Notes: generated by a model not told the origin, from the sequence alone. 64,000 nt of DNA from a virus (IMGVR_UViG_3300017917_001910:1-64000); one strand, 5' to 3'. Shown: positions 17,274 to 26,733, counted from the first letter of the stretch. A program made the numbers and translations.

Positions 17274-17869
17274 TATTTTAAATTTTGTTTTTGTTCCTGT
17301 CTTACACGCTTCATTGTTTCTGAAATACGTTGTTTAATATCATCTGGAGTTTTTTTACCTGCATTCCATGCTTTCCTACCTTTATGCATATTAGATAAAT
17401 TATCTTTAAACTCTTGAGAACGTACCTTACCGCTATTTGCATTACTAATTTTTAATTTTGTCGCATCGGTATGTTTCCAATTTGTTCTAGATTTTTTTCT
17501 TTTAGCAATGCATTCTGCACTCATTTTCTTACCAGTAAATAACTCACTACGTATACTTGATTGTTGAGTTTTTATCAACTCATATATTCTTGATGACGGG
17601 ATATATCTTTTTCCTGCCCGTCCTTTACTCGTAACCATACACCAAAGAGCATAAATTAACTGTTTATTACCTGGATATATTTCACAAAGTAACCGATGAC
17701 AAATAAAATGTTCTTTTGCAGTTAACATTACTAAATTATCACTATCATTATTACCGCCCAAACATTTAGGAATAATATGATGTTTTTCGTAATAATGTTC
17801 TTTAGTACGAATTCGTATTTCTGAATTAGCTTTTTGTATTATCTGATTGTATATTTTTTCGTAATTCAT
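17273..17869 (-). CDS. HNH homing endonuclease with NUMOD3 motifs
   Basis: EKHHIIPKCLGG.N...NLV.LTAKEHFICH.LL; KHTDATKLKIS; GRKAWNAGKK. Confidence 0.9.
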   Translation of the reverse strand: MNYEKIYNQIIQKANSEIRIRTKEHYYEKHHIIPKCLGGNNDSDNLVMLTAKEHFICHRLLCEIYPGNKQLIYALWCMVTSKGRAGKRYIPSSRIYELIKTQQSSIRSELFTGKKMSAECIAKRKKSRTNWKHTDATKLKISNANSGKVRSQEFKDNLSNMHKGRKAWNAGKKTPDDIKQRISETMKRVRQEQKQNLK

Positions 17870-17987
17870 AGTATTTTTCCATTGCTTTATCGTTTATAAT
17901 CTGTTTATTACGGTCATAATAAGATTTAGACCATTTACGTTGAGCTTCTTTAAGCTCTTCTTCGGTATATTTCTTTTTACGTCCCAT
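17826..17987 (-). CDS. Small basic protein, 53 aa (MGRKKKYTEEELKEAQRKW...), overlapping the HNH gene start
   Basis: Manual translation; late-type ATAATTAT motif just upstream. Confidence 0.55.
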   Translation of the reverse strand: MGRKKKYTEEELKEAQRKWSKSYYDRNKQIINDKAMEKYYELRKNIQSDNTKS

Positions 17988-18036
17988 ATTGCTTTATTAT
18001 AATTATATCACTAATAGAAAAATACTAATAGAATTA

Positions 18037-18666
18037 TTACTTATTTTTAAGATACCCAATGAACTTATAAAACTCATCGCGTGTTGCTGCATCTGATTTA
18101 AATGCTCCAGTTAGTTTAGAAGTCATCATTGTTGAATCATGTTGAATGCCTCTTAAACAAGCACATTGGTGATTTGCTTCAATTACTACAGCAACTCCTA
18201 AGTTAAACTCACAAGTGTTATTTAAATATGCACTAATTTGTTCTGTTAGGTTCTCTTGGACCTGCGGCATACGACAAAAATAATCTACAACGCGATTTAA
18301 TTTACTTAATCCAATTACTTTACCATTAGGCGCTGGAAGATATGCAACATACGCTTTACCGGTAAACGGCAAATGATGATGGCTACAAATAGATTTAACA
18401 TTAATATCTCCTTGAAAGACCATTCCATCATATCTATCTGTGTTAGAAAATGCTGTAATTTTAGGTGGTTCATTAAACTTTGATTTAATTAAGTCATTAA
18501 CAAAAGATTTAGATACTCTTCTCGGAGTATCTATTTCATGTGGATTATTATCAGGATCTAGTCCTAATGCTTTCATAAAATCATAATAGTGCTTACTTGC
18601 AGTTTGTATGATTGTTTCTTTTTCTTCTTCAGTGTATTGTTTAAAATTCTTCATTGTTGTTTTCAT
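18037..18666 (-). CDS. folE: GTP cyclohydrolase I
   Basis: TPRRV, SICSHHHLPF.G, IGLSKLNR, QVQENLT, HQCACLRG. Confidence 0.96.
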   Translation of the reverse strand: MKTTMKNFKQYTEEEKETIIQTASKHYYDFMKALGLDPDNNPHEIDTPRRVSKSFVNDLIKSKFNEPPKITAFSNTDRYDGMVFQGDINVKSICSHHHLPFTGKAYVAYLPAPNGKVIGLSKLNRVVDYFCRMPQVQENLTEQISAYLNNTCEFNLGVAVVIEANHQCACLRGIQHDSTMMTSKLTGAFKSDAATRDEFYKFIGYLKNK

Positions 18667-18677
18667 ATAAATAGTTA

Positions 18678-19733
18678 TTACTTAAAAATTTTAATTAATA
18701 AGGTATCACACTTAAAAAATTCATTAAGCTTATTAATAAGTGTTGGTAATTTTTTAGAGTAAGAATCATACATATTCATTTTATTTTGTATAAATTTTAC
18801 AAGATAATCAGAATGTTCTAAATAACTTTCGTAAGATTCTGTCCAAATACTAGTATATTTAAATTCCGACATATACATTTCACTATAACTTAGTCTATCC
18901 GGTACTATTGGAAGTGCTCCAGATAAAGCTCCTTCATAACAAGAAATTCCTAGTGTTTCTTGTAAATTTGCAGAGAATACTATCTTTGCTTTACTTAAAA
19001 GATTATGATATTCTTTTTTAGTTAAGTTATGTTCCTGACAAACAATAAACTTATATTCAGGAAGCTTAGATTCTAAGTTTTTAAATATCTGTAACTGCTT
19101 TTCCGGGGCTAACCTATGAGGAAATAATATAATATCCTCTTTATGATTTTCAGTGCTTAATATGTTATTTAAGTACTCCATTGGCCACCCAGTTACAAAT
19201 AATTTAGAATCTTTAATATCAAATACGGTTTTAAATAAATCTACATGAAACTGAGTAGCAAACCAATTAAAATCAATTGCATTCATCATTGCTTTTTCTG
19301 TGTGACGAACCCATGGTTTATCTCCAATTAATCTACCTAAAAAGTCTTGAGGGTCATAACTGCCTGCGTGCCATAAAGCATGTATCTCTACAGGTATATT
19401 TAATAACTCACTCATATATTTTACTTGTAATATAGTCGGATTCCAAGCATCTGTATACAAGAACTTATCCCCTGCTTTTACTTGTCCATTACAAAACATT
19501 TCCGCAATCGTTATTAGCTGAGTCGATTTATAAATGTTAGTACCTCCAAAGTTTAAAAATGCACCTGGCGTAGTTGCGTCAGGAATATTATCTGACCCAT
19601 TAATAACTTTTAAATTCCATTCTAAGTTATTATCTAATATGTATTGATTTAATCGTTTAGGTAAGAATATCTTCCATTCTCCAGTATATCTACTTTCGAC
19701 AGCTTCTAAATCTATTAAGTGTAATGTTTTCAT
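18678..19733 (-). CDS. GT-B (GT4-like) glycosyltransferase
   Basis: FPHRLAPEKQ, SANLQETLGIS..EG, VPDRLSYSEM. Confidence 0.8.
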   Translation of the reverse strand: MKTLHLIDLEAVESRYTGEWKIFLPKRLNQYILDNNLEWNLKVINGSDNIPDATTPGAFLNFGGTNIYKSTQLITIAEMFCNGQVKAGDKFLYTDAWNPTILQVKYMSELLNIPVEIHALWHAGSYDPQDFLGRLIGDKPWVRHTEKAMMNAIDFNWFATQFHVDLFKTVFDIKDSKLFVTGWPMEYLNNILSTENHKEDIILFPHRLAPEKQLQIFKNLESKLPEYKFIVCQEHNLTKKEYHNLLSKAKIVFSANLQETLGISCYEGALSGALPIVPDRLSYSEMYMSEFKYTSIWTESYESYLEHSDYLVKFIQNKMNMYDSYSKKLPTLINKLNEFFKCDTLLIKIFK

Positions 19734-20143
19734 ATAGTCGATATTTTACTGTCAAATTTATAATCATCAGGTGTTGATTGTTGCATTGTACATTTAACTG
19801 TATTAAATGTAGTAAACGGCTTTGTAACAATCTTTAATATATCATGCTTCTTTAATAACTCCAATTCAGGACAATCTAAAGATAACATAATTCTACTTCT
19901 GTTAAAAATAGTAGGCGGTATCATTTTTAGTAGTTCTGGGGTTACTTCTAATGTAACGATTTGTTTTTTATCTAAACAACTTTCAATTATATCCCAATAG
20001 TTTTTTTCAATATAACTGATACAAAAGTAAATATGAGGATATTTACTAATATCACTGGGTACTCTTGTTCTTACAAAACAAGTTTCTACATCGGCTAAAG
20101 GGCCCTCTACTTCTTTACCGTAAAAATATTCATTTCCAAACAT
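19730..20143 (-). CDS. Hypothetical protein in the DNA-modification operon
   Basis: 137 aa; overlaps the glycosyltransferase start by 4 nt. Confidence 0.7.
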   Translation of the reverse strand: MFGNEYFYGKEVEGPLADVETCFVRTRVPSDISKYPHIYFCISYIEKNYWDIIESCLDKKQIVTLEVTPELLKMIPPTIFNRSRIMLSLDCPELELLKKHDILKIVTKPFTTFNTVKCTMQQSTPDDYKFDSKISTI

Positions 20144-20146
20144 AAA

Positions 20147-20178
20147 TTAATATAAGTAATATACTTGTAGATTCCAAA
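20147..20178 (-). promoter_or_regulatory. Bacteroidota-type promoter
   Basis: Minus strand TTTGG...CTTATATTAA. Confidence 0.45.
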
Positions 20179-20183
20179 TATTT

Positions 20184-21095
20184 TTACCATTTTATGTAAC
20201 TTCTAACAAACGGTTTAGTTGTTTTACGTAACACCGATTCTTCAAATGCACGTTTAAAATCACTAGCTTTATATTCATGTGTCCATGCCCATTCAACATT
20301 AATGTAGTTTAAATATATACAAGCTTCTGATTTTTTCATATATTTATGAAAGTTTTTATCTCGTGGAGATGGAAATAATAAAGTATAGTTATTCCATAAC
20401 ATGTTCCAAAACGTTGTTGTTAATGGCTCATCTAATGCAGCTCCTACACAAATATTAGCCCCTGTGGCTGCAATTGTTAATATTTGTTCTAGATTACTAC
20501 GTTTACCTGATAATTCTACAATATTTTTAAATTTCATATTCGAAGCAGTGTTCCAATCAATAAATTTAGTATCTATATCTTGCCATTGTTTTTTATTATG
20601 AGACCCAATTACATATATATTAATATTTTTATGTAAATGACGTATGTATTGAGCTGCTATATTAGCTATAAACCCAGAACCAACAAATAAAATATTTGAA
20701 TCTTCTTGTATAAATGATAACATACGTTCTGCAATGTTTACAGAACAAGCTATTGGTTCAATAATATATTTTGTATTATTTTCTGAAACTTTTATAGTAT
20801 TATGTTCATCTGCATAAAAATACTCTGAAAATGCAGGGTCATTTCTTGAAGCTACATAATCTCCTATTTTAAAATCGTTAACTTCTGCTCCAACATCAAT
20901 CACCTCTCCTATAGATTCATGACCAAAATGCCCGTACGGAATTTCGATATGTCCTAAGTATTGATCAATATCGCTTCTACATATACCTGTATAAGTAGTT
21001 TTTATTAACATTTGATTTGGAAGCATTTCTCCTAAATCAAATTCATATTCGTTTATTTCGTTATTTCCGTAACTGTGTAAGATTTTAGTTTTCAT
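20184..21095 (-). CDS. Zn-dependent medium-chain dehydrogenase (sugar/alcohol)
   Basis: GICRSD, GHESIGEV..VG..V..FKIGDYV, EPIAC, GSGFIA. Confidence 0.85.
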   Translation of the reverse strand: MKTKILHSYGNNEINEYEFDLGEMLPNQMLIKTTYTGICRSDIDQYLGHIEIPYGHFGHESIGEVIDVGAEVNDFKIGDYVASRNDPAFSEYFYADEHNTIKVSENNTKYIIEPIACSVNIAERMLSFIQEDSNILFVGSGFIANIAAQYIRHLHKNINIYVIGSHNKKQWQDIDTKFIDWNTASNMKFKNIVELSGKRSNLEQILTIAATGANICVGAALDEPLTTTFWNMLWNNYTLLFPSPRDKNFHKYMKKSEACIYLNYINVEWAWTHEYKASDFKRAFEESVLRKTTKPFVRSYIKW

Positions 21096-22029
21096 GTATT
21101 ATTTTATCTATTAAATGTCTGCAAGGTTCATTTTTAAAATTATCAAGTATATTATGTATTGCAACATCATACTTCATATAGTCGTTATAATCCGAATCTG
21201 TAACATTCATATATGTGTCAATCATTTTTACATAAGCTTCTTCTGGACAAAGTCCTGCAACATATGTTATATGTAATCCTGAATTGAATTTTACTCTCCA
21301 TTCTACACAATCTTTAGAAATGTTATCATGCTTCCAAGTAGCTGCACATTCTATATCAATATTATTGATTTTAGTAGAAAAATATGATTGATCATCTACA
21401 TTATATACTCCATTTAATTTAGCAGTGCCCCAACTATTTGTAGTTATATCACTTAAAGAATACATTTGTTCATGTAGTGCGGTATACTCCGAGTCAATAT
21501 TTGGTGTAGATAACAGGGTTTGAACTACACTTAACGTATGTGGTATTAAATCTTTAGATACACCGCCATACGATAACTCTTTATTCGTAAACCAACTACC
21601 GGCGCCGGGCACTCGATCTTTATTAATCCATAATATCTTTATAGATTCGATTTCATTTAAAATTTGTATATTAGATACTGATTTATAAAAGTCTGTACGA
21701 AACATATTATTCTTTACCATAAATAACTTTACTCCGTAAGAGTTTTGAAAATCAACCCAATGTTTTGTAGATTCGAAACCAGGTTTTTCTACTACAATAC
21801 GATCTGTGTACTTAACTAACTTTTTAGCAGTTGATTCATGTAAATAATTAGGCAAACAAATAATTGCCATGTCGAATTTTAAATGACTAGGCAAGTCATC
21901 AATTGATAAATAATTAGCATTTAACGTTGGGTTGTGATCTATAGTTACTATATTATACCCCAACGTTTTAGCTACACTTACATATAATGTTCCGATTCCT
22001 AATCCTACTATACATACTGTTTTTGTCAT
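21085..22029 (-). CDS. Gfo/Idh/MocA family oxidoreductase
   Basis: IVGLGIG, PNYLH, VVEKP, GSWF, GGV..DL.PH. Confidence 0.85.
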   Translation of the reverse strand: MTKTVCIVGLGIGTLYVSVAKTLGYNIVTIDHNPTLNANYLSIDDLPSHLKFDMAIICLPNYLHESTAKKLVKYTDRIVVEKPGFESTKHWVDFQNSYGVKLFMVKNNMFRTDFYKSVSNIQILNEIESIKILWINKDRVPGAGSWFTNKELSYGGVSKDLIPHTLSVVQTLLSTPNIDSEYTALHEQMYSLSDITTNSWGTAKLNGVYNVDDQSYFSTKINNIDIECAATWKHDNISKDCVEWRVKFNSGLHITYVAGLCPEEAYVKMIDTYMNVTDSDYNDYMKYDVAIHNILDNFKNEPCRHLIDKIIHEN

Positions 22030-22033
22030 ATCA

Positions 22034-22065
22034 TTAATATAAGAGAAACAACTGTAAAAACCAAA
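22034..22065 (-). promoter_or_regulatory. Bacteroidota-type promoter
   Basis: Minus strand TTTGG...CTTATATTAA. Confidence 0.45.
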
Positions 22066-22365
22066 TTACAGAACCATTAATAATTCAGATTCTCTTAAAA
22101 TAATATAATCTTTGCCGTCAATCTTAATATCATTTCCTTGATGATATGGAGGAAGAACTACTTTATCTCCTACTTTTACAGACATAGGAATCGGTGTTCC
22201 GCTTTGAGTAAAAATGCCATCACCTACGGCTACTACTGTTGTAAATTTTACATCTTCTGTTGATGCTGAGTCAGGAATAAAAAATCCTGCTTCTGTTGTT
22301 TTTTCTTCGTTTTTAGGAAGAGCTTCTACTAAAACTCTATCTCCTAATGGTTTACTTGTTATCAT
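22066..22365 (-). CDS. groES: Co-chaperonin GroES
   Basis: KPLGDRVLV, VVAVGDG, VKVGDKV, YIILRESELL. Confidence 0.95.
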   Translation of the reverse strand: MITSKPLGDRVLVEALPKNEEKTTEAGFFIPDSASTEDVKFTTVVAVGDGIFTQSGTPIPMSVKVGDKVVLPPYHQGNDIKIDGKDYIILRESELLMVL

Positions 22366-22388
22366 AACTTTATTTTATTTATTAATGT

Positions 22389-22910
22389 TTATTTAATTTT
22401 AGCTATATATAGCCCTGGCTTACCCATGAATTTACTAGTATCCCAATAATATCCAATACTATTTAATAAAGATTCATTACCATGTAATATAGAAGCATAA
22501 ATACTTAATTTCTTTTTAGCTTCAATATCATTCTTACCAAACGGTATTACAGTAACTACATCTGGATTGTTTTGTTTAATCCATTCTAAGGTTGATTTAA
22601 CTACTATTCCTAGTATATTGGCTAATGTATTATAGTCTGTTTTATATTTTTGTATTGTAGAATCTTCAATATCAAATCCAATATTATAATATGTATTAGG
22701 ATTGAATTTATTATATAGAATAGATCCTCGCTGAAACATTATTTTGCCATCATGGTCAAATTTTTCTATTTTTACTCCAACATCTAAATCTTTAACTTTA
22801 AATCTAACATCTTGATTTAATTTTAAAGTAATAGGTGTTGATTTTTCAAAATCAATAGACTCTGCTAATTGATTATAGAGAGTGTTATATTTTATTTTAT
22901 TAATGCTCAC
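22389..22910 (-). CDS. Hypothetical protein
   Basis: 173-aa ORF. Confidence 0.65.
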   Translation of the reverse strand: MSINKIKYNTLYNQLAESIDFEKSTPITLKLNQDVRFKVKDLDVGVKIEKFDHDGKIMFQRGSILYNKFNPNTYYNIGFDIEDSTIQKYKTDYNTLANILGIVVKSTLEWIKQNNPDVVTVIPFGKNDIEAKKKLSIYASILHGNESLLNSIGYYWDTSKFMGKPGLYIAKIK

Positions 22911-22949
22911 AATTTATATTTTTATTATATTTTTCTTTTAAAGAAACAT

Positions 22950-23393
22950 TTATATATTAAAATTTTCGTTTTTTAACATTATAAAATCCTGCATATCTTT
23001 TTTACGAGCATATTTTTTCTTAGCTTCGATTATTTCATTTATAGGAACTAAAGGATACTTAACATTATTATAAGTATAATATAATGAACCTATATTACCT
23101 GTATAATTATCAATGCATAATATATTTAGATATAAATCTGATTTCTTAAATTTAAAATTATTATCTCCAGGAGAACCGCCATTAATATTAAAAAACTCTA
23201 ATCCTTTTAAATATATTTTTTGATCTCTTGTAGGATTGACTATTATTATATCTAAATCTCCTACAGATCTAGAAAAATTTAATCCTAATAATTTTAGAAC
23301 CAATGTTCCGCCTAATCTAACATTAGATTGGTATTCTGATAAATCTTTAATTATTATATTAAAGGTATCTAAGTATTTGTTTAATTCTTTCAT
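22950..23393 (-). CDS. Putative nucleotidyltransferase (Pol-beta superfamily)
   Basis: LGGT..L..LG...R..GDLDII...IIEAKKKY.R.KD..D. Confidence 0.65.
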   Translation of the reverse strand: MKELNKYLDTFNIIIKDLSEYQSNVRLGGTLVLKLLGLNFSRSVGDLDIIIVNPTRDQKIYLKGLEFFNINGGSPGDNNFKFKKSDLYLNILCIDNYTGNIGSLYYTYNNVKYPLVPINEIIEAKKKYARKKDMQDFIMLKNENFNI

Positions 23394-23396
23394 AAT

Positions 23397-23633
23397 TTAT
23401 ATATTTAATAATTCATTTTTTAATTGAAGGCAATATTCATAATCTTCAATACTAATTGCCTCTTGTAATTCTTGGCCCAACCATTCTTTTTTAGTAAGAG
23501 GGGCGCCCAATCTAATAAATAAATCAGCAATATAGTTATCTAATATTGCGTTTGAAGTTATTTTCATCTCATATACACCCTTCCAATAGTTAAACACGAA
23601 TTTATTATATTTTTCTTCTAAAGAAGTATTCAT
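23397..23633 (-). CDS. Hypothetical protein with a UVR-like C-terminal motif
   Basis: LQEAISIEDYEYCLQLKNEL. Confidence 0.55.
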   Translation of the reverse strand: MNTSLEEKYNKFVFNYWKGVYEMKITSNAILDNYIADLFIRLGAPLTKKEWLGQELQEAISIEDYEYCLQLKNELLNI

Positions 23634-23644
23634 AACTTATACAT

Positions 23645-23932
23645 TTAATGTTTTATCCCAAGATCTTCTAACTGCTCAGGTGTTAGTTTTGTAATGTGTG
23701 GTTTATTACTAACATCAGGTTTAGGTTCAGCTAAAAACATTTCTTTAGCTGATGTTGGTGTTTTATGTATGCGCGACAAAGGCTCTTTTTTAAAAGAATA
23801 TCCTGTAATATCAACATATCTAAGCAATTCTTTATCCCCATCAATTGTTATACCAGGTATTTCACCTCCAATTTTAATCATTGCTATTTTATAACCCATC
23901 TTATGAGTTAGCCATTTAATTAGTTTTATCAT
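23645..23932 (-). CDS. Hypothetical protein
   Basis: 95-aa ORF. Confidence 0.6.
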   Translation of the reverse strand: MIKLIKWLTHKMGYKIAMIKIGGEIPGITIDGDKELLRYVDITGYSFKKEPLSRIHKTPTSAKEMFLAEPKPDVSNKPHITKLTPEQLEDLGIKH

Positions 23933-24095
23933 AACTTATATATTTTTAATTCTGAGTATTTTTTTCGTATATCATTAGCTTTAGAAATACCATATTCATT
24001 TTCTAATGAAATTCCTTTTCGATGACTATGTTTCATATTAATATCTTTAATATAAATATCTGACATCTAAGGTTTTATTCCATACAAAATATACT

Positions 24096-24971
24096 TTATT
24101 TATTTAATACCTGATTCCAAGCCGAAATGTGTAATCTTGTTAAGCCTCTAAATTTATACTTCTTAGCCATCTCTAATACAAATTGAGTACGCTCTTCAAA
24201 ATTAGATACATCATCTAATCCCGGCATACAAACTACATTTTTAAGCGGTATGCTAAATGGTACAACAAAGTCACGGAATAATTCTTTAACATCTTCTTCA
24301 TTTGAAATAACAAATTTAAATTGGTAATTGGAATGTTCCATTATGCGCTTGATTGCGTCTGGATTGATACGTTGTTTCTCAGTCATACCTGAGTTGGATA
24401 ACTTTGGTGAGCAGTTGATTTGATTAATAATATCGAATAGAGGTTTCTCAATTACTACTGTACCATTTGTTTCTATTTCATGATATCCTAATATTATCCC
24501 TCCATTTGATGCTTTCATATTTTCATAGGTGGATATTATTGATTCTACTGAGTATCTCCAATATACGTTGAAATTATAGATAGCTTCCTGATGTCCTTTG
24601 ATTGTAGGTTCACCACCAGTCCAAATGATATGGATAGTACCATTCTTAATATCTTCATAGATACCTTGTTCTTTCCATCTATCAATTAGATATTGAAACT
24701 CTTTATCTTCACCTCTCCATAGCCATTGAGATGTACTATCACAAGTCCATGTTGCTTTACCTTCCTTGTGTAAGTCACCTTCAAATATTTCACCATCTTC
24801 TAGTGATTGTTCTTTCATTAAATTGTTAGTGAATGCTCTACTCATTCCGCAAGTTAAATTGCATATTCCTAATCTTACAAAATATGATGGTATTCCTGAT
24901 GAAATGCCCTCGCCCTGAATGCTCATAAAATCACTACTAATTAGTAGTTTATTACTATTTATTTTACTCAT
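24096..24971 (-). CDS. queE: 7-carboxy-7-deazaguanine synthase (radical SAM)
   Basis: SIQGEG...FVRL..CNLTC...CDS, TGGEP, IETNGT, SPKL, FKFVI, RLHI. Confidence 0.92.
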   Translation of the reverse strand: MSKINSNKLLISSDFMSIQGEGISSGIPSYFVRLGICNLTCGMSRAFTNNLMKEQSLEDGEIFEGDLHKEGKATWTCDSTSQWLWRGEDKEFQYLIDRWKEQGIYEDIKNGTIHIIWTGGEPTIKGHQEAIYNFNVYWRYSVESIISTYENMKASNGGIILGYHEIETNGTVVIEKPLFDIINQINCSPKLSNSGMTEKQRINPDAIKRIMEHSNYQFKFVISNEEDVKELFRDFVVPFSIPLKNVVCMPGLDDVSNFEERTQFVLEMAKKYKFRGLTRLHISAWNQVLNK

Positions 24972-25659
24972 AATCTTTAAAATTTATATTTAATTTAATT
25001 AATTCTTCCCTAACTTCCAAATTATTTCTTGCATTAAATGAATATCTAAAGACTTTCCATCCTAGTGAAGTTAAATATTCATCTCTTTTTTTATCTCTTT
25101 CAATAGCTTCTGGAGATGAGTGCCAATATATACCGTCATATTCAAAGTTTAATTTATGCTCTGGTATCGCGATATCCAAATAATATTTTTTACCTGGTGC
25201 CGGGATTTCATATTCTAATTTAGCAGTCGGGAACATTTCTTTTATCATTTCATATAATAGGCGCTGCCCTTTACTAATATTATTTCCAGTAAAGTATTTT
25301 CTAGGATTATTTTCTTTCCAAAATTTTGATGCTTGTGCTTTTTTAGAAATTACCTTTTCAGGGGACATCCATTCTTCATACTTCATACCTTTATATTTGT
25401 TAGGACGACCTTTAGTTTTACCATGTCCTTTACCGGCCCTTGTATTATCTTTATATTTAACATTATCTTCAACACTTCCAAACTTTTTCATGAAATCACG
25501 TGCTGTTGGGTGTGAACATAATATTAAATGTTTATCTTGCATTTGTTTTGATGTTAATCCTTGCCAAATTAATGGTTTTATTACATCATTATAATACTGT
25601 TCTTTTTCTTGAAATGTAAGACGTAATTTACGCCATTGCATGTTATTTTTATATTCCAT
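24964..25659 (-). CDS. Vsr/DUF559-like endonuclease (putative homing endonuclease)
   Basis: Y.LDIAIP..KLNFEYDGIYWH...D..RD.YL...GWKVFR. Confidence 0.85.
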   Translation of the reverse strand: MEYKNNMQWRKLRLTFQEKEQYYNDVIKPLIWQGLTSKQMQDKHLILCSHPTARDFMKKFGSVEDNVKYKDNTRAGKGHGKTKGRPNKYKGMKYEEWMSPEKVISKKAQASKFWKENNPRKYFTGNNISKGQRLLYEMIKEMFPTAKLEYEIPAPGKKYYLDIAIPEHKLNFEYDGIYWHSSPEAIERDKKRDEYLTSLGWKVFRYSFNARNNLEVREELIKLNINFKDYE

Positions 25660-25708
25660 ATTCTTTTAATATAAATATGGTCATTTTTACTTTTTACACC
25701 GTGTATTA

Positions 25709-25764
25709 TGAATTGAATAGAAGTCAGAAGAGATTAGTAGTTTATTACTATTTATTTTACTCAT
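25709..25764 (-). pseudogene. Orphan duplicate of the queE 5' end (MSKINSNKLLISSDFYSI)
   Basis: Matches the QueE N-terminus MSKINSNKLLISSDFMSIQ; the first ten codons are identical in DNA. Confidence 0.9.
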
Positions 25765-25779
25765 AACTTTTTATTTATT

Positions 25780-26088
25780 TTATTCGACTTCGAATTCTTT
25801 TTTAAGTTTTAGATATTGTGTATATCTATTCTTTTTTAATAATGCATCTGTAGATCGGGCTCTTTCCATTCTATCCTCATATTCTTCGTCAGTTTCTTCA
25901 ACCATTCTTTCAACACAACAATAGAAAAACATATCCCATGAATTAGTTTCATCACTATAATATGATTCTTCAGAATTTATATTAATGATATCATCATCTT
26001 CAAATTTGAAATCTTTAATTTCTTTCCAAGTAATAGGCGTATCCTTTTCAAGGAAAAAGACGTCTTTTTTTATTTTAATCTTACTCAT
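25780..26088 (-). CDS. Hypothetical protein
   Basis: Acidic 102-aa ORF with R.VEETDEEYEDR and YLKLKKEFE. Confidence 0.7.
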   Translation of the reverse strand: MSKIKIKKDVFFLEKDTPITWKEIKDFKFEDDDIININSEESYYSDETNSWDMFFYCCVERMVEETDEEYEDRMERARSTDALLKKNRYTQYLKLKKEFEVE

Positions 26089-26103
26089 AACTTTTTTATT
26101 TAC

Positions 26104-26733
26104 TTAAATATATAATAAATTTTTATTTCTTTTCAAAGCTTCCGTAATAAAATTTAATTCATTTGCAACGTTTTCAATATCTGGTAATATTTCGTTAAAT
26201 CTAGAAAATCTATGCCCTGCATTTTCAAACTTCTTTAAAGTTTTTCTATACGGGAAGTATTGATCTAGTTTATCAAACGTTAAACGTTCATCGTCAGAAG
26301 AAATATAAAAATGTAAATTTGATGATGTAATAGATGATGATTGAATAGCATCAAATAAAAACTTTAATGAATCTAAATATTCTTTTTTAAATTCATAAGG
26401 TTCTCCATTTCCGTAACGAGTATGTGTTCCTATATCTTTAGCTAAAGACATATGAGGTTCTAAGGAAGGATTAATTACAAATGCTGGTACATCAAATCTA
26501 GCTGCGCAATATAAAGCATAAAATCCACCTAATGAAGTGCCTACAACAATCACAGGACCTTTAGTACCTTTAATAATTGAAGATAATGTACTTACTGCTT
26601 CTTTAGGATTAGCTGATAATGTAGGACTAATTATGTTTACCTTAGGCCCGTATTTTGAAAAGTACTTTATAAGTTGATTGGATTTATCATTATCTCCGGA
26701 AGATTTAAATCCATGTATATAAATTATATTCAT
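26104..26733 (-). CDS. YqiA/YcfP-family alpha/beta hydrolase (esterase)
   Basis: IYIHGFKSS, GTSLGGFYA, INPS, D, GHRF triad. Confidence 0.88.
   Translation of the reverse strand: MNIIYIHGFKSSGDNDKSNQLIKYFSKYGPKVNIISPTLSANPKEAVSTLSSIIKGTKGPVIVVGTSLGGFYALYCAARFDVPAFVINPSLEPHMSLAKDIGTHTRYGNGEPYEFKKEYLDSLKFLFDAIQSSSITSSNLHFYISSDDERLTFDKLDQYFPYRKTLKKFENAGHRFSRFNEILPDIENVANELNFITEALKRNKNLLYI

Noticed and set aside
17127-18171. folE and queE duplications as DGR template/variable repeats
   Set aside because: Differences are mostly synonymous and not adenine-specific, and no reverse transcriptase is in the window.
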